DNA of 64,000 nucleotides from Chrysomallon squamiferum (lineage: Eukaryota > Animalia > Mollusca). Under the pieces are notes generated by a model. That model searched no databases and was not told where the DNA came from. It saw nothing but the letters and a program-made list of their open reading frames with translations. Shown piece after piece: positions 24,715 to 50,266 of the stretch. Each line of letters opens with the position of its first letter. The first letter of the stretch is position 1. Location of the stretch: contig CM022667.1 in NCBI GenBank assembly GCA_012295275.1, forward strand, positions 2,046,001-2,110,000. The letters are read 5' to 3'. The position numbers were made by a program, and so were the translations under genes.

Positions 24715-27700
24715 CTGAGATAATAAAAAAAAAAAAAAAGAGTTGTATATATGTACAATAGGTGTGTTAGAGTTATGAGTGATATAAAGTAATTTATTGA
24801 AGAAAGTTTAGGGATATAAATATTTTACGATTTTACAATTAAAAAAAGTAAGTAGTTTATGATTTATTTTTTGGCGAAAATGTGTATATTTTCTGATATT
24901 GTTAAAAAAGAAAGACGTAATAATAATAAAGTATATCTGATAAGTGTATTATATATTTACTTACATAAATCTAAGTCCAGCAAAATGTTTTGTAAAATGA
25001 CATTATAGAAAATATAATAAACAGAGTACATATTTAAGTAGCAGAAACTTTAATTTTACAGAAAAATCGTATTTTGAAAAATGTATCGAAACTGATTTTG
25101 AAAAACGTGTTTTCCGATAATTCGATCTTTTCCCTTTAAATTATTAAATTCCGTTTTTTCAGTAATTTTTAATCATCTTACTTAAAACAAATAGGAATAA
25201 TAAATATAAATTTTATAAAAATATACGAAACATTTAACGATCAAATTTTAATCAGCATTACAGAAAATAGTGTTTGACTCTCGTCGTAAAAGCAGACGAG
25301 GAGCACGCGCAGACGATAGGTGTCGCCACTCGGAAAAATGTAACTAACAACAAATGTCAAGCTATAGCGTCGTTATTTTTTTTTTTTTTTTTTTTTTTTA
25401 TTAGTAATCGACTGCGGTGAAACGTATTTTCGTGTCGGCTTACTAAATAGTTATAAATACACACAATAGCGATATAATCCGTCTCCTCGGCTTAAATCGA
25501 TCGGGTGACGAAAGAGAAGGGTGTGTCGCGAACAGACTGTGTGAGTTCCATTGACGAACTCGCGTATTTCCGACAACGCAATCGTCGAACACGTGGCGTT
25601 CCGGGGCTTATCGACTTCGGTTCAATGTCGCGTTGCGGCACGCGCTCTCCTGATTACTAAATGTTAACAGTGTTTAGTTCGAATCTCGTTACTGCCTTCC
25701 CGTATTACCGTTTGGTTAGAGGACCGTTTAAAGGTGTCTGTATTTAAATAAGGAACGTAAATGTTCCTTCACAACAGCTTGCTCTGATTAGCACGTTAAT
25801 TTTTTTCCAATTCCAATGTTCCGATTTAATCCACTACCGTTTTATAACAATTATTAATGATTTTTTTTTTTCTTCTGTTAAATGCGGAAGCAGAAAGATT
25901 TGCGAATTTAATTTTGTTATCGTTACTTATTTTTATTTTCATTTTACATATATTTTTTTATTTGAAATTTTGCATTATTATAATGCCTTAACTTTTAATA
26001 ACGCATTGTAATTAAATGAAAATTAAAAGAAAACGATATAAATTATACTAATTTTCGGAGTTGAAATATATATATATATATATATGTATGTATTAAAATG
26101 TATTCATTCATGGGCGACATGAAATACTTGGGGTCGCTGGGGGTTGGGTGAAATGTTTTAATCAGTATTATCGATTACGAGTCCAGATTTATCTTCCGTA
26201 TAATAATCGCAGTAAAATCGCTGAATGTCTGAAAATTATTTCAAACGCGCCTATGTCCATAAAAATGTATAGCTTTTGAGGACTCAGTCTATGTGTCCTA
26301 CACAACATTAAAATGGTTGGAACGGTATAGAAAATATGACCAAGAGCAAAGAGTACCATAAAAAAAATTTAAAAAGGGGAGGAGAGAAAAAAATCTTTCA
26401 GTGCACGAATACTTTTTTTTAATTCTGCCACGTTCATTCAAGACTTGCGTACTTTTTTTTTTTTTTTCCCGTTCAGCGAGTCGTAAATAAACTGAATGTG
26501 AAAGGAAACCCCCCCGCGCGCGCGCGCGCTCGCGCATTCCTCGTTCGTCTTCTCGCGCTATTCTTATCGTTACGCCCAAACCTGTTTCGAGATAACGGCC
26601 ACTAAAAGTGCTAACACGAATACCAGTCAATTGTTTCCTGTTTATTGGCGGAAACTGACGGAAGCTGAGAGTTACCGGTTAACTGACGTTCGGAATTTTT
26701 CGCGTTTTTACTGGATCACGCGGCCGTATGACTCCGTAGTCAGTTACTATCGCGATAATGGCGCGAACAGTGGCCATTTCTTTGCGGTTAAACGCACCCA
26801 TAGCTTCTTAACGTCATATCACACTGAGAAAATACCGTAAGGAAATATTTCAAGTGGTTATAGAAAAATGTATCAAAATAGTATTCGAAAGTATGAATTA
26901 TTAAATAGTGCGAGGGTGGGGTTAATCTCTTTTGAATTTTTTTTTTTTTTTTTTTTTTTTTTGAAATCTATTTATAAAACGTGTTTAAACATTCTTTAAG
27001 CTAACAAAGATTCTAAAATAGTTCAGTGCAATCACATTTAGAAATTTTATTTTCAGAAAACCAACGTAATCAAAAATTCTTGAAATATCATGCTAAATGT
27101 AGATGGTTTTTAATATAACCTCTCAAAATGTAATATGGAAGAATTAGGCTCGCCATTATAGAACCCCATAGGTTGATTACGTACGACCTTTGCTTAATAA
27201 AGTAACACTAATGAATTAGTTCACACACGTTAGTAAAACTTCTTCACAAATGAAGTAACATGCTTATCTCTGAAAACAGTGAATGATTCGGTTTAGTTCC
27301 TGAAACTGTAATGTGATAGACCGACACAGTTAGGCTAAAAGTCAACATTCTAAAGCCTCGTTACTTCGAAAATTAACTAAATTTTGTCTCTATTTCATAC
27401 CAGGTTTCAAAGAGCACTCTGCCCTAATCAAAACAGCATTATAATAATGTCGTTTAGATTTATGTTCCCTTTACTGTAATAAAATTCATTAGCACCACGT
27501 TGCAGTTTTAATATCAGTTACAGTATTAAAGAGCACGTTTGTTGACACCCAGAGACAAAATGCCGGTGTCACAAAATCTTTCTTTTTTCCTGATATAACC
27601 GAGTATTTCCAGATTATAAATCCCACTGATACAAACCCGCATTAAAAGTACTGACCTAAAAAATACAACCAGTACACACTGAGGTCAATAATTATGTCAG

Positions 27701-27733
27701 ATTAATGGGGGCAAAGATGTCAGCATAAGAAGG

Positions 27734-27764
<31 letters not shown>

Positions 27765-27945
27765 TGTCGTCTGCTTTTGTTATCGCAAGAACAGCCTAAT
27801 GCAATACTGTACTCTGTTTTGTTTGGACTTAGATTTAGCGTTAAATGATACTAACTAACGTTCATTTATGATTTGATGCCACCAGTTAATTAATTTCACC
27901 GTTGATTTATTCAAATTTTATTCATTTATTCATTTGGTTTTTCAG
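24651..27945 (+). other. Predicted 3'-UTR intron of the EGF-like precursor gene
   Basis: Donor AG|GTAGGT 12 nt after the stop codon. The best polypyrimidine acceptor seen downstream is ttttcAG at 27944-27945. The acceptor assignment is inferred. Confidence 0.5.
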
Positions 27946-28043
27946 ATCAACTCGACGTCTTTCCCAGTGCAAATCTGCTTCACAACATTCCACTGGATGA
28001 AAACTGACAAGATTTAAACAAAACTTTTGTTTTATTTCGCTGA

Positions 28044-28117
<74 letters not shown>

Positions 28118-28439
28118 ATTTATTTTACGTTTATTTATGTGATGTGGGTGTTAATATAGAAAGCTTGGGTGCGAGTTTTTATAACGAATCTGACATTTTT
28201 TTTTTTTTCCCCTTTATTTTGTTAATCCGACAGAGAATGTTTACGGACTGGAATCAACGCGCGTGATTTGCATGCGCGGTCCAGTCCATTGTCATTTATT
28301 TCGCAAAACTGTGGTGTGCGGGAGGGTTGGGGAGGTGAGGGCAGGGCAGGGCAGGGGGGGGGGGGGGGGATAGCTTCGCTGGTGTTGGACGTATTCGATT
28401 CGCTTTGTTAAATGTTATTACGAACAACTGATAAGCAGT

Positions 28440-28470
<31 letters not shown>

Positions 28471-28957
28471 TTAGAAAACATCGTTTCTATTGTTTATTTT
28501 GGTGCATATCGGGTGCTATGATATGAATAAATAATGTATGTTCAGAAAAATCTTCAATCTACTACTCCACACACACGTACAGAAATGGTTGATTTGTACA
28601 GTGAACTTTGGGCGTTACGCAATTCCAGCTAACGAACTTCGGTAGCAACAGACCAAACTGTACTGGCCCTGCTGTTTTATATCCGGACGAAAATAATCGT
28701 GAATGAATTAATATATGTATGTTTACGTGTGCGCGTGTGTGTATATGTATGTACGTACGTATGTATGTATGTATGTATGTATGTATGTATGTGAGTGTGT
28801 GTATATATATATATGTGTATGTGTGTGTATATATACAAACAAACATATGTACACACACATATACATGACATAATAATACTTAGATGTATTATTACAATAG
28901 ATGATCCTTTTTTTTATCGATCTCAACCTAACTGCGTATTAAAATACCGAGTTTTTA

Positions 28958-29137
28958 CTGTGAACCAGTTTTCAACATGTGCGTTTCATAACAGAGTGGT
29001 TATGTAACCCCCATGTTCGTTACAGAATATTTACCACTGAGGTTTATTGTTGTTATTGCGTTTTCCATGACCCCCGAGGCGTCTGACTACATTCCCCTGC
29101 CCCACCCCCTTTAGTCCGTTATTCCCAGGGTTCACTG
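28958..29137. mobile_element. Short degenerate Tigger-like MITE
   Basis: TA-ctgtgaacc at the left end and gggttcactg-TA at the right end (short imperfect TIRs, TA flanks). Confidence 0.4.
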
Positions 29138-29795
29138 TACTTTACAATTAAAAAAAAAAAAAAAAAAAAAAAATTGAAGTGCCGAGATCAGTCAAACTTT
29201 ATTTTGTTATAATTACGACGACTGTAAACTTCAGCTCAAAGTAATCTCTACGGCTTTGCTCAATTTTATTTTAGATTGAAGAATTTTCTGAATTTATTAT
29301 TGTTGCTCTGTATACTGTGTTTGTTCTTTGTTAATTAGTGTGACAGTGTGGTATGTGGATGTTAACTACAAGATACGGATCCACTGAAACTGTTATTTGT
29401 TTAACGTGATTCAACGAACGTTATTTTTTGTCAGCCATTTTTAAAAAGTCCATATATATATAGTTATCGTAGTTGTTTGTTTGTTTGTTTATTTATTTTT
29501 ATTTTTATTTTATTTTATTTATTTATTTATTTATTATTTTTACATTTTGTATTAACTTATATATTTTTATTGTTATTTTTATTTTCATTTTCATTTTCAT
29601 TTTTTTATTTTTTATTTTTATTTCTATTTCTTTTACTATTTCTATTTCTATTTCTATTTCTATTTCTATTTTTATTTTTATTTTCAATAACTCTCATAGA
29701 GACATTCGTGTGAAATCAAGAAAATAACAATAAAATGAAAACTCATCCGTTTCCATTTTTCTGAAAATTGGTATCTATGGCAACCAGGGCAGAAT

Positions 29796-30199
29796 AAGCT
29801 GATTCTTCCCATTTTTAGCATATTCGGATATAATCCTCTTAATTTTGAAAAGTTTGAGATATGCACATCTTTCGACTTCATTTTACAGTCTACCAACCAG
29901 TAATATAATTAAATGTTGTTTATATGTTGCGCTAATTTTTTCATGCAAGCTCTTTTCAAAGTGATGTAATCCACAAGGTCAAAAGGTCATCATCTCTCTT
30001 CAGATTATACGTAGGTAAAACATATTGTAACATATTTTTAATCGTCACCTTTCTAGAAATATACATTTTAGATTGACTGACGAACTGTTTGCTAAGTTAT
30101 GGCGGTCACACATATATATTTTGTCAAAATTTCCAAAACTGAGAGAGCATATTTTAAAAACAGTTTGACCTATCATGCTAAAATTGGAAAAATCAGCTT
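29796..30199. mobile_element. Degenerate foldback / MITE-like inverted-repeat element
   Basis: aagctgattcttcccatttttagcat (29796-29821) pairs with atgctaaaattggaaaaatcagctt (30175-30199). A second arm pair is ctcttaattttgaaaagtttgaga / tgtcaaaatttccaaaactgagag. Confidence 0.55.
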
Positions 30200-30389
30200 C
30201 TTCGTCCTCAATTACGCTAAAGAGACTAAAAGCGAATGGAGTGACGTTTCATTCACTGAGTGATTTAAAGTGAAATAACAATGAATTTTTTAATTATTAT
30301 TTATATCTTTAAATTAGTAAATTTATCAAAACCTTTATAGTTACTATTCGTTAAAAGAAAAGATAATACTGGAAACATAAACTAAAAGA

Positions 30390-30499
<110 letters not shown>

Positions 30500-31456
30500 A
30501 ATAACAAAGTAGAAATTAAACAACATTATTTTATGTATCAAAAATAAACACATGCAAATCGAATTTTCCCGTATGGTATGTTGTTTATTGCTAAAACGAA
30601 AGTGTAATTCACGTGAAGAGTTACGAAACTGCAAAGTGCTTTTTAATGGTGTGAAAAGGCGCATCGCAGAAAACAAAGATAAATAAAACTATTTTAGAAT
30701 ATTAACAGAACGTTAGCTACACCAGACCAACAGCCATCTACCACTACGACAATTACTACGTCTACTAAAACGATTACTGTTAAAATTATATTTACTTGGA
30801 TATGAGTACAGTAAACCAACAGAACACTACAGCTACTACTGCAATTACTACGACTACTACAACAACTAATATCACTACCAAGTGCACTACGATCAGTGCT
30901 ACTGCCTTCACTGTAACTGGTTTTATCTCGGTGATCCTTGTTATGAGAGAATTTGTGAGGAATTTGATCTGAACGTAAATATCAGCCAGTAATTGATTAT
31001 CTTCATATAGCTTTATTTAGACAGAACATTTTTAGAGGTGAGGAAATCTTAATCTCTTACAGAAACCAAAATATCCTGTCTCAGGAAAAAATATTTACTC
31101 ACGAACATCTGATCAAATACGAAATGAGAAAATAACAATCTTAAACTAATTTTTCTTTTCTTTTTTTTTAGTAAGAAAAATAAAATGAATAGCAAAACAA
31201 CTAATATAATTGTGAATACCTTACTCACATCCATATACTTGTAAAACCGTACATGCAGACACACATATTCATTTACATAGATTGAACATTCACAGACAGA
31301 GTTTCACACACAAACACACACATACACACCTAGCTATACGTATACTATTATATAGTGAAACATTCAGATTTGGCCTTTTCTGAAAGAAAGTCAAATATCT
31401 GTATTTCATATTTTCCACTGTATTATTTTTAAATATATATATAAACACACACAGAT

Positions 31457-31487
<31 letters not shown>

Positions 31488-31502
31488 CATACAGACAGAC
31501 AT

Positions 31503-31535
<33 letters not shown>

Positions 31536-32411
31536 CACACACACAAAACAGACACACGGAAATTCCCGTATCCGGAAACATAGCGAGCCTGATACACTAC
31601 TTCTATTTTACTGTATATGGGAAGGTCTGTCTTCTTTATAAATAATCTGTACATCCTGGTTTTTATTTTATTTTATTTTATTTTATTTTATTTTTCGAGG
31701 TTCATGAAATCGAGGGCCAACAGTAGTTTAAAAACGCGTAATTAACTTCACTTTGTAAACATAAAACAAATGAAAGCAAACAAAACTCTCAAAATAGTTT
31801 CTTTAAATCACAATATAAACTACATTATTTGTTTTACGTGATTTTTGAAAATACATTTTTTGAAGGCTATATATATATATATATAAATACACGTTTACTC
31901 AAATTGATTAGCAAATTAAAGCAAAATAACTCTTTATAGATTTACAAATGACTAATCTAGATTAAAAAGTTATCTATATTTGGCTATAATTGCTAGGCGT
32001 TCACCTCCAAATTAGGGCATACAATTCTGTCTTGCTCGTTTTCCGATGGTGAAAGCAGCAGTGCAGATCTTATAAGTAAAGCAACAGCTCCTCGTATCCT
32101 GATTAATAAGTGAAAGGAAATAACGAGTATTACAGGCTAAGCCGACGAAAATTAGTGTTCAAATAAGAGGATTCTTCTGTAAATTGTTTCTTTTATTTTC
32201 ATTTGTTTGTTGTTGATGTTGGTTTTTTTGATGGGTTTTTTTTTTTTTTGGTTGGGGGTAATTTTTTGTTTGCTGTTGGATTTTACGGGATTTTTATGTT
32301 TTTTTCATGTATATATTTTATTTTATTTGTTTTTATTTATTTATTTATTTTGTGTTTTCGTTAAGAAAAACTAGATATTGCTAATAAATGTTCGATATAT
32401 TATTATTATTA

Positions 32412-32483
32412 AACACACACACATGCATGCACGCACACACACACACTACACACACACACAAACACACAAACACACACACACAG

Positions 32484-32514
<31 letters not shown>

Positions 32515-32546
32515 CACACACTAACACACACACAGAAGCACACACA

Positions 32547-32580
<34 letters not shown>

Positions 32581-32648
32581 AGAACACACACACTGACACA
32601 CACACACGCGCGCACACACAGATACACACACACACAAACACACACACA

Positions 32649-32711
<63 letters not shown>

Positions 32712-32760
32712 ACACACACACACACACTACACACACACACACACACACGCACACACACTA
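32412..32760. repeat. Long degenerate (CA)n microsatellite
   Basis: Direct reading. It produces the HT/CV pseudo-ORFs. Confidence 0.95.
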
Positions 32761-33337
32761 ACAGGTGTTTTATGTCAAATCCCCATTCCGCACGTGCTCT
32801 GCATGCCAACTTCATTTTTTTTATTTTTTTTCATTTTTTATTTTTCGTTTTTTTTAATAATTAGCATTGCCTCCAACTATTTTGGTTAGCATTGGCCGCA
32901 GCAAGAAAGATCTACGATTCTATTTCTGTCACCCTGGCTGGAGACTGTTGCACTAAAAGTGAATGAAAGTGTTTTAGCCGACATGTTCAGGCCCCCCAAA
33001 ATAAACATTACAAGTTTTTTTAACAGCGATAATCTTTGATAAGCACTGAGGCAGAACCTGATAGCAGTTTTTTCTGACAATCTCGTCCTGTTATTTCTAT
33101 CAGTTACATGCATTCTTTAGAATTTTTCATCTTATTTTTTCTTTATTTTTTATTTTTTGTTTTTTATTTTTGGAGATTACTGTTAAAAGAAAATAATAAA
33201 AAAATAAAAAAATAAAAATCCTTTATTTATTTCTTTTTGTTTATATTATTTAGTTTTTTTTTACTTTTATAATAGTTTATATTCGGAACATAGTATTCCA
33301 GTTCCTCCTGTTAAATATGTTAGTTAAATATAAAACG

Positions 33338-33368
<31 letters not shown>

Positions 33369-33434
33369 GCGTCTGAATTGGGTGGTTTGAGTTAATTCTG
33401 TGCGTGTGTGTGTGTTTGTGTGTGTGCGTGTGTT

Positions 33435-33474
<40 letters not shown>

Positions 33475-33894
33475 TGTGTGTGTGTCTGTGTGTGTGTCTG
33501 TGTGTGTGTGTGTGTGTGGTATATTTTTTATTATTTTAATTTTTGATAAAAGTTTGGTAAATAATTTTGTCTTTTTTGTAAATTTCTTTCAATATATTTA
33601 AAAATAAAACTAATAAATACAATTATGTATTCATCCATTCATTCATTCAGTCGTTTGTTTATTTATTGACTATATTATTTAACCAAACACTTTTCTTTCT
33701 TTCCCTCTCTAATTCTGAAGAACTACCAATATAAAAGGTACAAGACCATAATTATACAACATAAATATCAATGCATTTGCTACTGTTATCGTTTACAGAA
33801 TTTAACTGACGATCAAAATAACGTTAGTTATTTTTAAATTTATTAATTCGTTCATTCTATGATTCATTCAGCCATTTATTATTATTATTATTAT

Positions 33895-33973
<79 letters not shown>

Positions 33974-33982
33974 CTTCTTCTT

Positions 33983-34047
<65 letters not shown>

Positions 34048-34472
34048 AATTATAAGGAATATGAGTAGATTATAATTTATAAAAGATCGTAAAGGACAAT
34101 ATTTCAAAAACTTGAAATTTCATTTCATTAAATTATTTTATAGCTACGATCTGTTTTCTCAATTTTCCTTAAAATGTAGTGGTATCTTCCCCTTTTTGAT
34201 AAATGAACCCTTCGTGTCATCGTAATCTACATTCTGCCTGTTTTGTATTTTAAAATAGTTTCGTGCTTGATAAATCTTGAAATCTCATTAACAGTTTTTT
34301 TGTAATCAAATCAAATTTCTTGAGTTACTTAAAAAAACCAGTATAGATTTTACAATTTTATTTTGTTTGTTTTATTTTGTTGTTTTTATTTCAGTTTAAT
34401 TTCATTTATTTTTATTTTATTTTATTTTATTTTATTTTATTTTATTTTATTTTTTATTTTATTTTAATTTAA

Positions 34473-34503
<31 letters not shown>

Positions 34504-34975
34504 ATTTTTTTTTATTTTTTATTTTTTTCATTTTGTTAATTTGTATTTTTTTTTTTATTTTATTTCATTTTTTTATTATATTTTATTATAATTATTCTTT
34601 CTTTATCGCTAATTTTAATGAGTAACAATTATTATTTTATTTTTGTGTCAAGGCAACAACAGATTTAATTGCCTTTATGAAAATAAAAGCTACATAAAAT
34701 AGTAACCTTAGGGCCCATGTTTTTCTTTTCTTCTTCCTCTTCTTCTTTCTCTTCTTTTTTTTTTTTTTTTTATTTTTTTTTTAAATTTTTTATTTAAAAC
34801 TCAAGTTAATCTATGTCAATCACTTCCTCATTCTGAAATGCGAGGCTGATAATATAAATGAGTAATTAAACTCATCTTTCGAATACTGGGGCGCTTCCAC
34901 AATTTAAGAGACCGAGAAATCTCATAAAAGTGATAATGCAAATTGAAATGGAATATATTTGATTCCAAAAATAAA

Positions 34976-35007
<32 letters not shown>

Positions 35008-35308
35008 ACAAACAAACAAACAAACAAAAAAAACAGATAAATAATAAATAAATATAATAAAATTAAAAAAAGAGATGAAAAATAAATAAATAAATAAAAA
35101 AGTTTATAGGATGAAGCTAAATCGATTCCCCAAAAGTATATCTGTAGCGGTATAAATGGACAAATATTCTTCTTTATAATTTCAAATAATACACTCACAC
35201 AAACAAGCAGTGATTTCTTAGAAGATATTTCAAAATCTAGCCATAAATTAAAATCTGACAAGTCTGTGTATGTGTGCGTACGTGTGTGTGTGTCTGTGAG
35301 TACACATT

Positions 35309-35422
<114 letters not shown>

Positions 35423-35620
35423 TTAGTATATGTAGAATGAAAGACTCCTAGGTTGTATTTTTCGTTAGCAGAAGAGATATTCAAAATTGATACAAAACAA
35501 AACTTTTATCTTTGGTCAGGCGTCATATATCAGAGCAGCAATAAAGAATGTTTGTTAAAGTTACTGGAGTTACTTCCCTTACATCTTTAGAGAGTTGTAG
35601 TCCTTGCGTTGTAATTTACG

Positions 35621-35694
<74 letters not shown>

Positions 35695-35695
35695 G

Positions 35696-35753
<58 letters not shown>

Positions 35754-36409
35754 AGATAGATAGATAGATAAATAGATAGAAATATATAGCTGTAAATATA
35801 GATGTTAAATTTATAAATTCAAATTACAAACATTTACATATTGTTTCAAATCTGCATTTTAAAGGTTTCATCGATACCTTTATTTTGAAGCAGCGTTGTG
35901 TTGTTATGTCACCATGAATAAGTTCAGTTATGTCAACCTAGAACATAAACACTTAAAGAAATAAATTATTTAAATATCAAATATTATCTTTTCTCAGCCT
36001 TAATGATGATAATGATGATAAAAAATAATAAGATTAGGAATAAGAATAATATTTAAATATGTGTGTTTTCTTTTATACGTTGCCTTAATCTATATAAACC
36101 CATGGCATTCTTTCTATTATAGAAACATTTGTTAAGAAAGAATAATTAATTTACTTACGAATTAACAAACAGGCTACATTAAAACAATAACAGTATCTCT
36201 GACAATAACTAATACAAGACGAGAAAAAACAAACAAAAAAACAACAACAACAACACTGGAACATTAATTATTTATAATATATAAACAACAACAAAATGGG
36301 AACATTAATTATTTATAATATACAAACAACAACAACAACAACAAAAAAAAAAAAACACGACGACAATCTTAATGACGATAATAAACAACAACAACAACAA
36401 CAACGACGA

Positions 36410-36446
<37 letters not shown>

Positions 36447-36556
36447 AAATTAAACAAACCTAAGATTACACAGTAACTCGATACAAGTAAACAAACTCAT
36501 GCTGTACGTCCACTTGTCACATATTCACTGCGTCTCTCGAGGGTCGCATAACGCTT

Positions 36557-36669
36557 CTTATCTGAACACGCGTATTTGTGTATCGGCGAACATATCCCAT
36601 GTCACAAACCTCAACGGTTTCGTCACTTGAAAACACCGCGTTGAACCCCGGCTACAGGTCAGCAGATAA
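36557..36669 (+). promoter_or_regulatory. SLC5A proximal promoter region with two GATA motifs
   Basis: CTTATCT 36557-36563 and AGATAA 36664-36669, in a CpG-containing island 100-210 bp upstream of the ATG at 36769. Confidence 0.35.
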
Positions 36670-36768
36670 AAGTTAAACTGACTTGTGTGTGAAGTCTAAT
36701 ATCACAGCTGACTCTTCTTGTAGCTGAAAAACACAGTTGAGTTGGACAGTACATGTTCATTTGTGACG

Positions 36769-46749
<9,981 letters not shown>

Positions 46750-46797
46750 AATACGTTTATATAGAGAGACAGATAGATCGAAAGACAGAAACATTAA

Positions 46798-46845
<48 letters not shown>

Positions 46846-47467
46846 GACAGCTAGACTATATCATTATATGTAAACATTAATTTTATATACTATTCTCATT
46901 TTGTTAAATCTGATTTTTTCAAACTTATTTTATATATTTATCTGCATATTCTGTTTATTAATTAATATTCGGTCAACTTTGAACACATACATATTCAGAG
47001 AAAAAAGAAAGAAAAAGAACTGTTTGATATAAACTTCAAAATATATTATGGGAATGCATACCTTTGTTTATATGTGGGGGAGAAGGCGTAGGTGCGTGTT
47101 TGTGCGTTACTATTTCATTTCATTTATTAACTTACGACTACTACTAATGTTTCGATTATGTTGTACTAGTTAGATTGCTGCAGTTGTTTCCCTTGAATGT
47201 GTGAGTGTGTGTTTACGTTTGTATCTTAGTTTGTATGTATATATGTATGTATGTATGTATGTATATATATATATATAAATGTTAAAAAAAATGTGTTAAT
47301 AATAATAATAAATATAAAAATAACGATAAAGATTGTTTCTTTTGTTCACATTTAAAAATAAACTTTCATTATAATCACAGTCACGATATCAACCTTATAT
47401 TTTTTCTCTTTTTTCCCGTGATCACAAATCCTGACATATCTTGGCATTTGATTTTATATGCAATTTC

Positions 47468-47533
<66 letters not shown>

Positions 47534-47979
47534 CATTATCATCATCATCACCATCATCATCATAATCATAATCATAAATAAACAAAATTTATAATAATAA
47601 TATTTGTAGCAATAGTAATTGTTATAGTAGTAGTAATAATAGTAGTAGTAGTAGTAGTGGTAGTAATAGTAGCAGCAGCAACAGCAGCAGTTCTAGGGTA
47701 GCTGCAACCGTAACAGTAATAATGTTTATCTCGGCTGTAGCGAGAAAGATTGAAAAGATAGGAAGCTCTCTAGAGTTATTTCCCTTTATCATGACTCTCA
47801 AATTTAGATAATTATGAGCATTTCCAGTCTTTTCGATGCAAACATAAAATATTAGTCCTGTATATATTTTATGATAACGATTGTGCGTGTATTTATTTAT
47901 TTATTTATTTTATTGGTTTTATTTATTTATTAATTACTATTTTTGATTTTCGGCCTCAGAAATCTTTTCGTTATCTTTT

Positions 47980-48024
<45 letters not shown>

Positions 48025-49498
48025 TTTTTCATTTTTTTTTTTTTTTTTTTTTTTCTTTTTGTTAATGTTAATGTTTTATTCTTGCACGTGCAGACAAATC
48101 TTAATTGAATGATAATATGATGGATATAGCTTTATGTATTAATATCCATCATGTTAAAATCAGTGCACACTTGTTAATAATTGTAATATGAAGTGAGGTT
48201 ACTGAAATTCCTGGTTTAATTGAATGTTCCACCTAAAAACAGCAAAACAATGCGATTAGCAGCAGCAGTAGCAACAACAACAACCTCAGCAACAACAAAA
48301 GCCATAATAACACCAACGACAACGATAACGACAGAAACTAATAGATTAAATTATTAATTAATAATTTTAAATGCACAGTAACAAATAAAAAGAAATATTA
48401 AAAAGAAAAACAAAAGGAACAAATATATAAAATATTTGTTCCATATTTACACCTAAAGGTCGCAAAGTGATGACGTCATAAAGGCGACTGTTTGACCTTC
48501 ACCTAGCAACGTCGTTTTCATTTCTTTACCTGCTAATAATATTCACGGATGGGAAAAATGTTTTTTGTTGTTGTTGTTGTTGTTGTTGTTTTTTAAATTA
48601 TGATTTCAAGGACTAAAAGGTAAGTACTAATATATTACTATACTCACTTAGCATTGTTTTATGTACTGAATTCTTTTTTGCTAAATCTTTAAGAACAACT
48701 AAATGTTATGTTATCGGAAGTTCTAATATTTTGTTGTACATCGATTAAGCCACCGAATTGAAGTTAGGATTCAGAGAGACAGCTTCTTAGTTCTCACTCG
48801 TAAAGTTAACTGAAAACAAGTAGTTGTACTATCGTATGACGTCATATCTGTGTTTACCTTTCTATCTCATAACCCTGTTAATCTTTCACTGATATAGATG
48901 CACAGATTGAATTAGACGCACGAGACATACACACACATGCACGCACACACACACCCACACACACACACACGAACACGCGCGTAGACAAAAGCCACTCCCG
49001 AAGTGTACCGTCAGAAGAATGTAACTGGCAAATGTCGGTTTAACGACGCCAATCCCTAAAGTGTTTACTAATTACTAATTATTTGTATCCATTGGCTCTA
49101 ATTTCCTTTGTATCGCTTGTCATTTTGCGATTTAATAGTCCGTAGTCTGAATATTCATAATGATTATATTTTGTTAGAAGTGGTCTACTTTTTTTTTTTT
49201 TTTTTTTTTAATAATTACAATAACTGGATAATAAACGAAACAGATCTACTTTCCGTAGTTGACGTTCAGTTCCTCCCAGGATAAAAGAGTTAACGGATTG
49301 GTATCAAGGGATGTTTATATACATATGTAGTGTATCTGTATATATGTATATGCATATGTATGTACGTATGTATGTATGTTCCTTAATAAACAGTCACGCA
49401 GTAACGCGGGAAATAGGCCACATCATCACAAAGGCGTGATCCTACGACAAAACGAACATCAAATCAGCGTTCAAATTCTGACCAACAAATAATAATAA

Positions 49499-49536
<38 letters not shown>

Positions 49537-49973
49537 TCGATATAGTAATAGATAAATAAATAAATAAACGACGACGATGGTGGTGATAAATTAATACGAA
49601 AATACTTCATTTAGTAAACGAAACCGATCATTTTGTCATAGGAAATAAATTCCTCTGACACCGGCTACAGATCCCTGAAGGGGCGACTATTGAAACAAAA
49701 ACGCTGAATTAATTGTCTTCTTTAGCTATCAAATTACGTGAATTGCTCTCTGGAGGATCTCGTAAAACGACAGACCGGAGGATATAATTCAGACTGTTAG
49801 CGTATTAACCTTTTTCTCCATTTCCGTGGTGTACGTCTCAAAATTTTGTTAACAGTCGAAAAACCGCTGTATTCTGTTACAAACGTTAATGAAATATACG
49901 TCAGGAAATTTGGTAACGGCGATTGTTGTTGTTGTTGTGTTTGTGTGTTTTGTGACAGAGTGTGTGTGTGTGT

Positions 49974-50059
<86 letters not shown>

Positions 50060-50221
50060 ATTTGTGTGTGTGTGTGTGTGTTTGTATGTGTGTGTATGTG
50101 TGTGTGTGTGTGTATATGTGTGTATGTGTGTTCCTTTCGGAGACGGTGGTAGTTTGGATTTTAGCTTCTTTTTATTTATTTATTTATTTTGTTTGTTTGT
50201 TTATTTATTATTATTATTATT

Positions 50222-50266
<45 letters not shown>

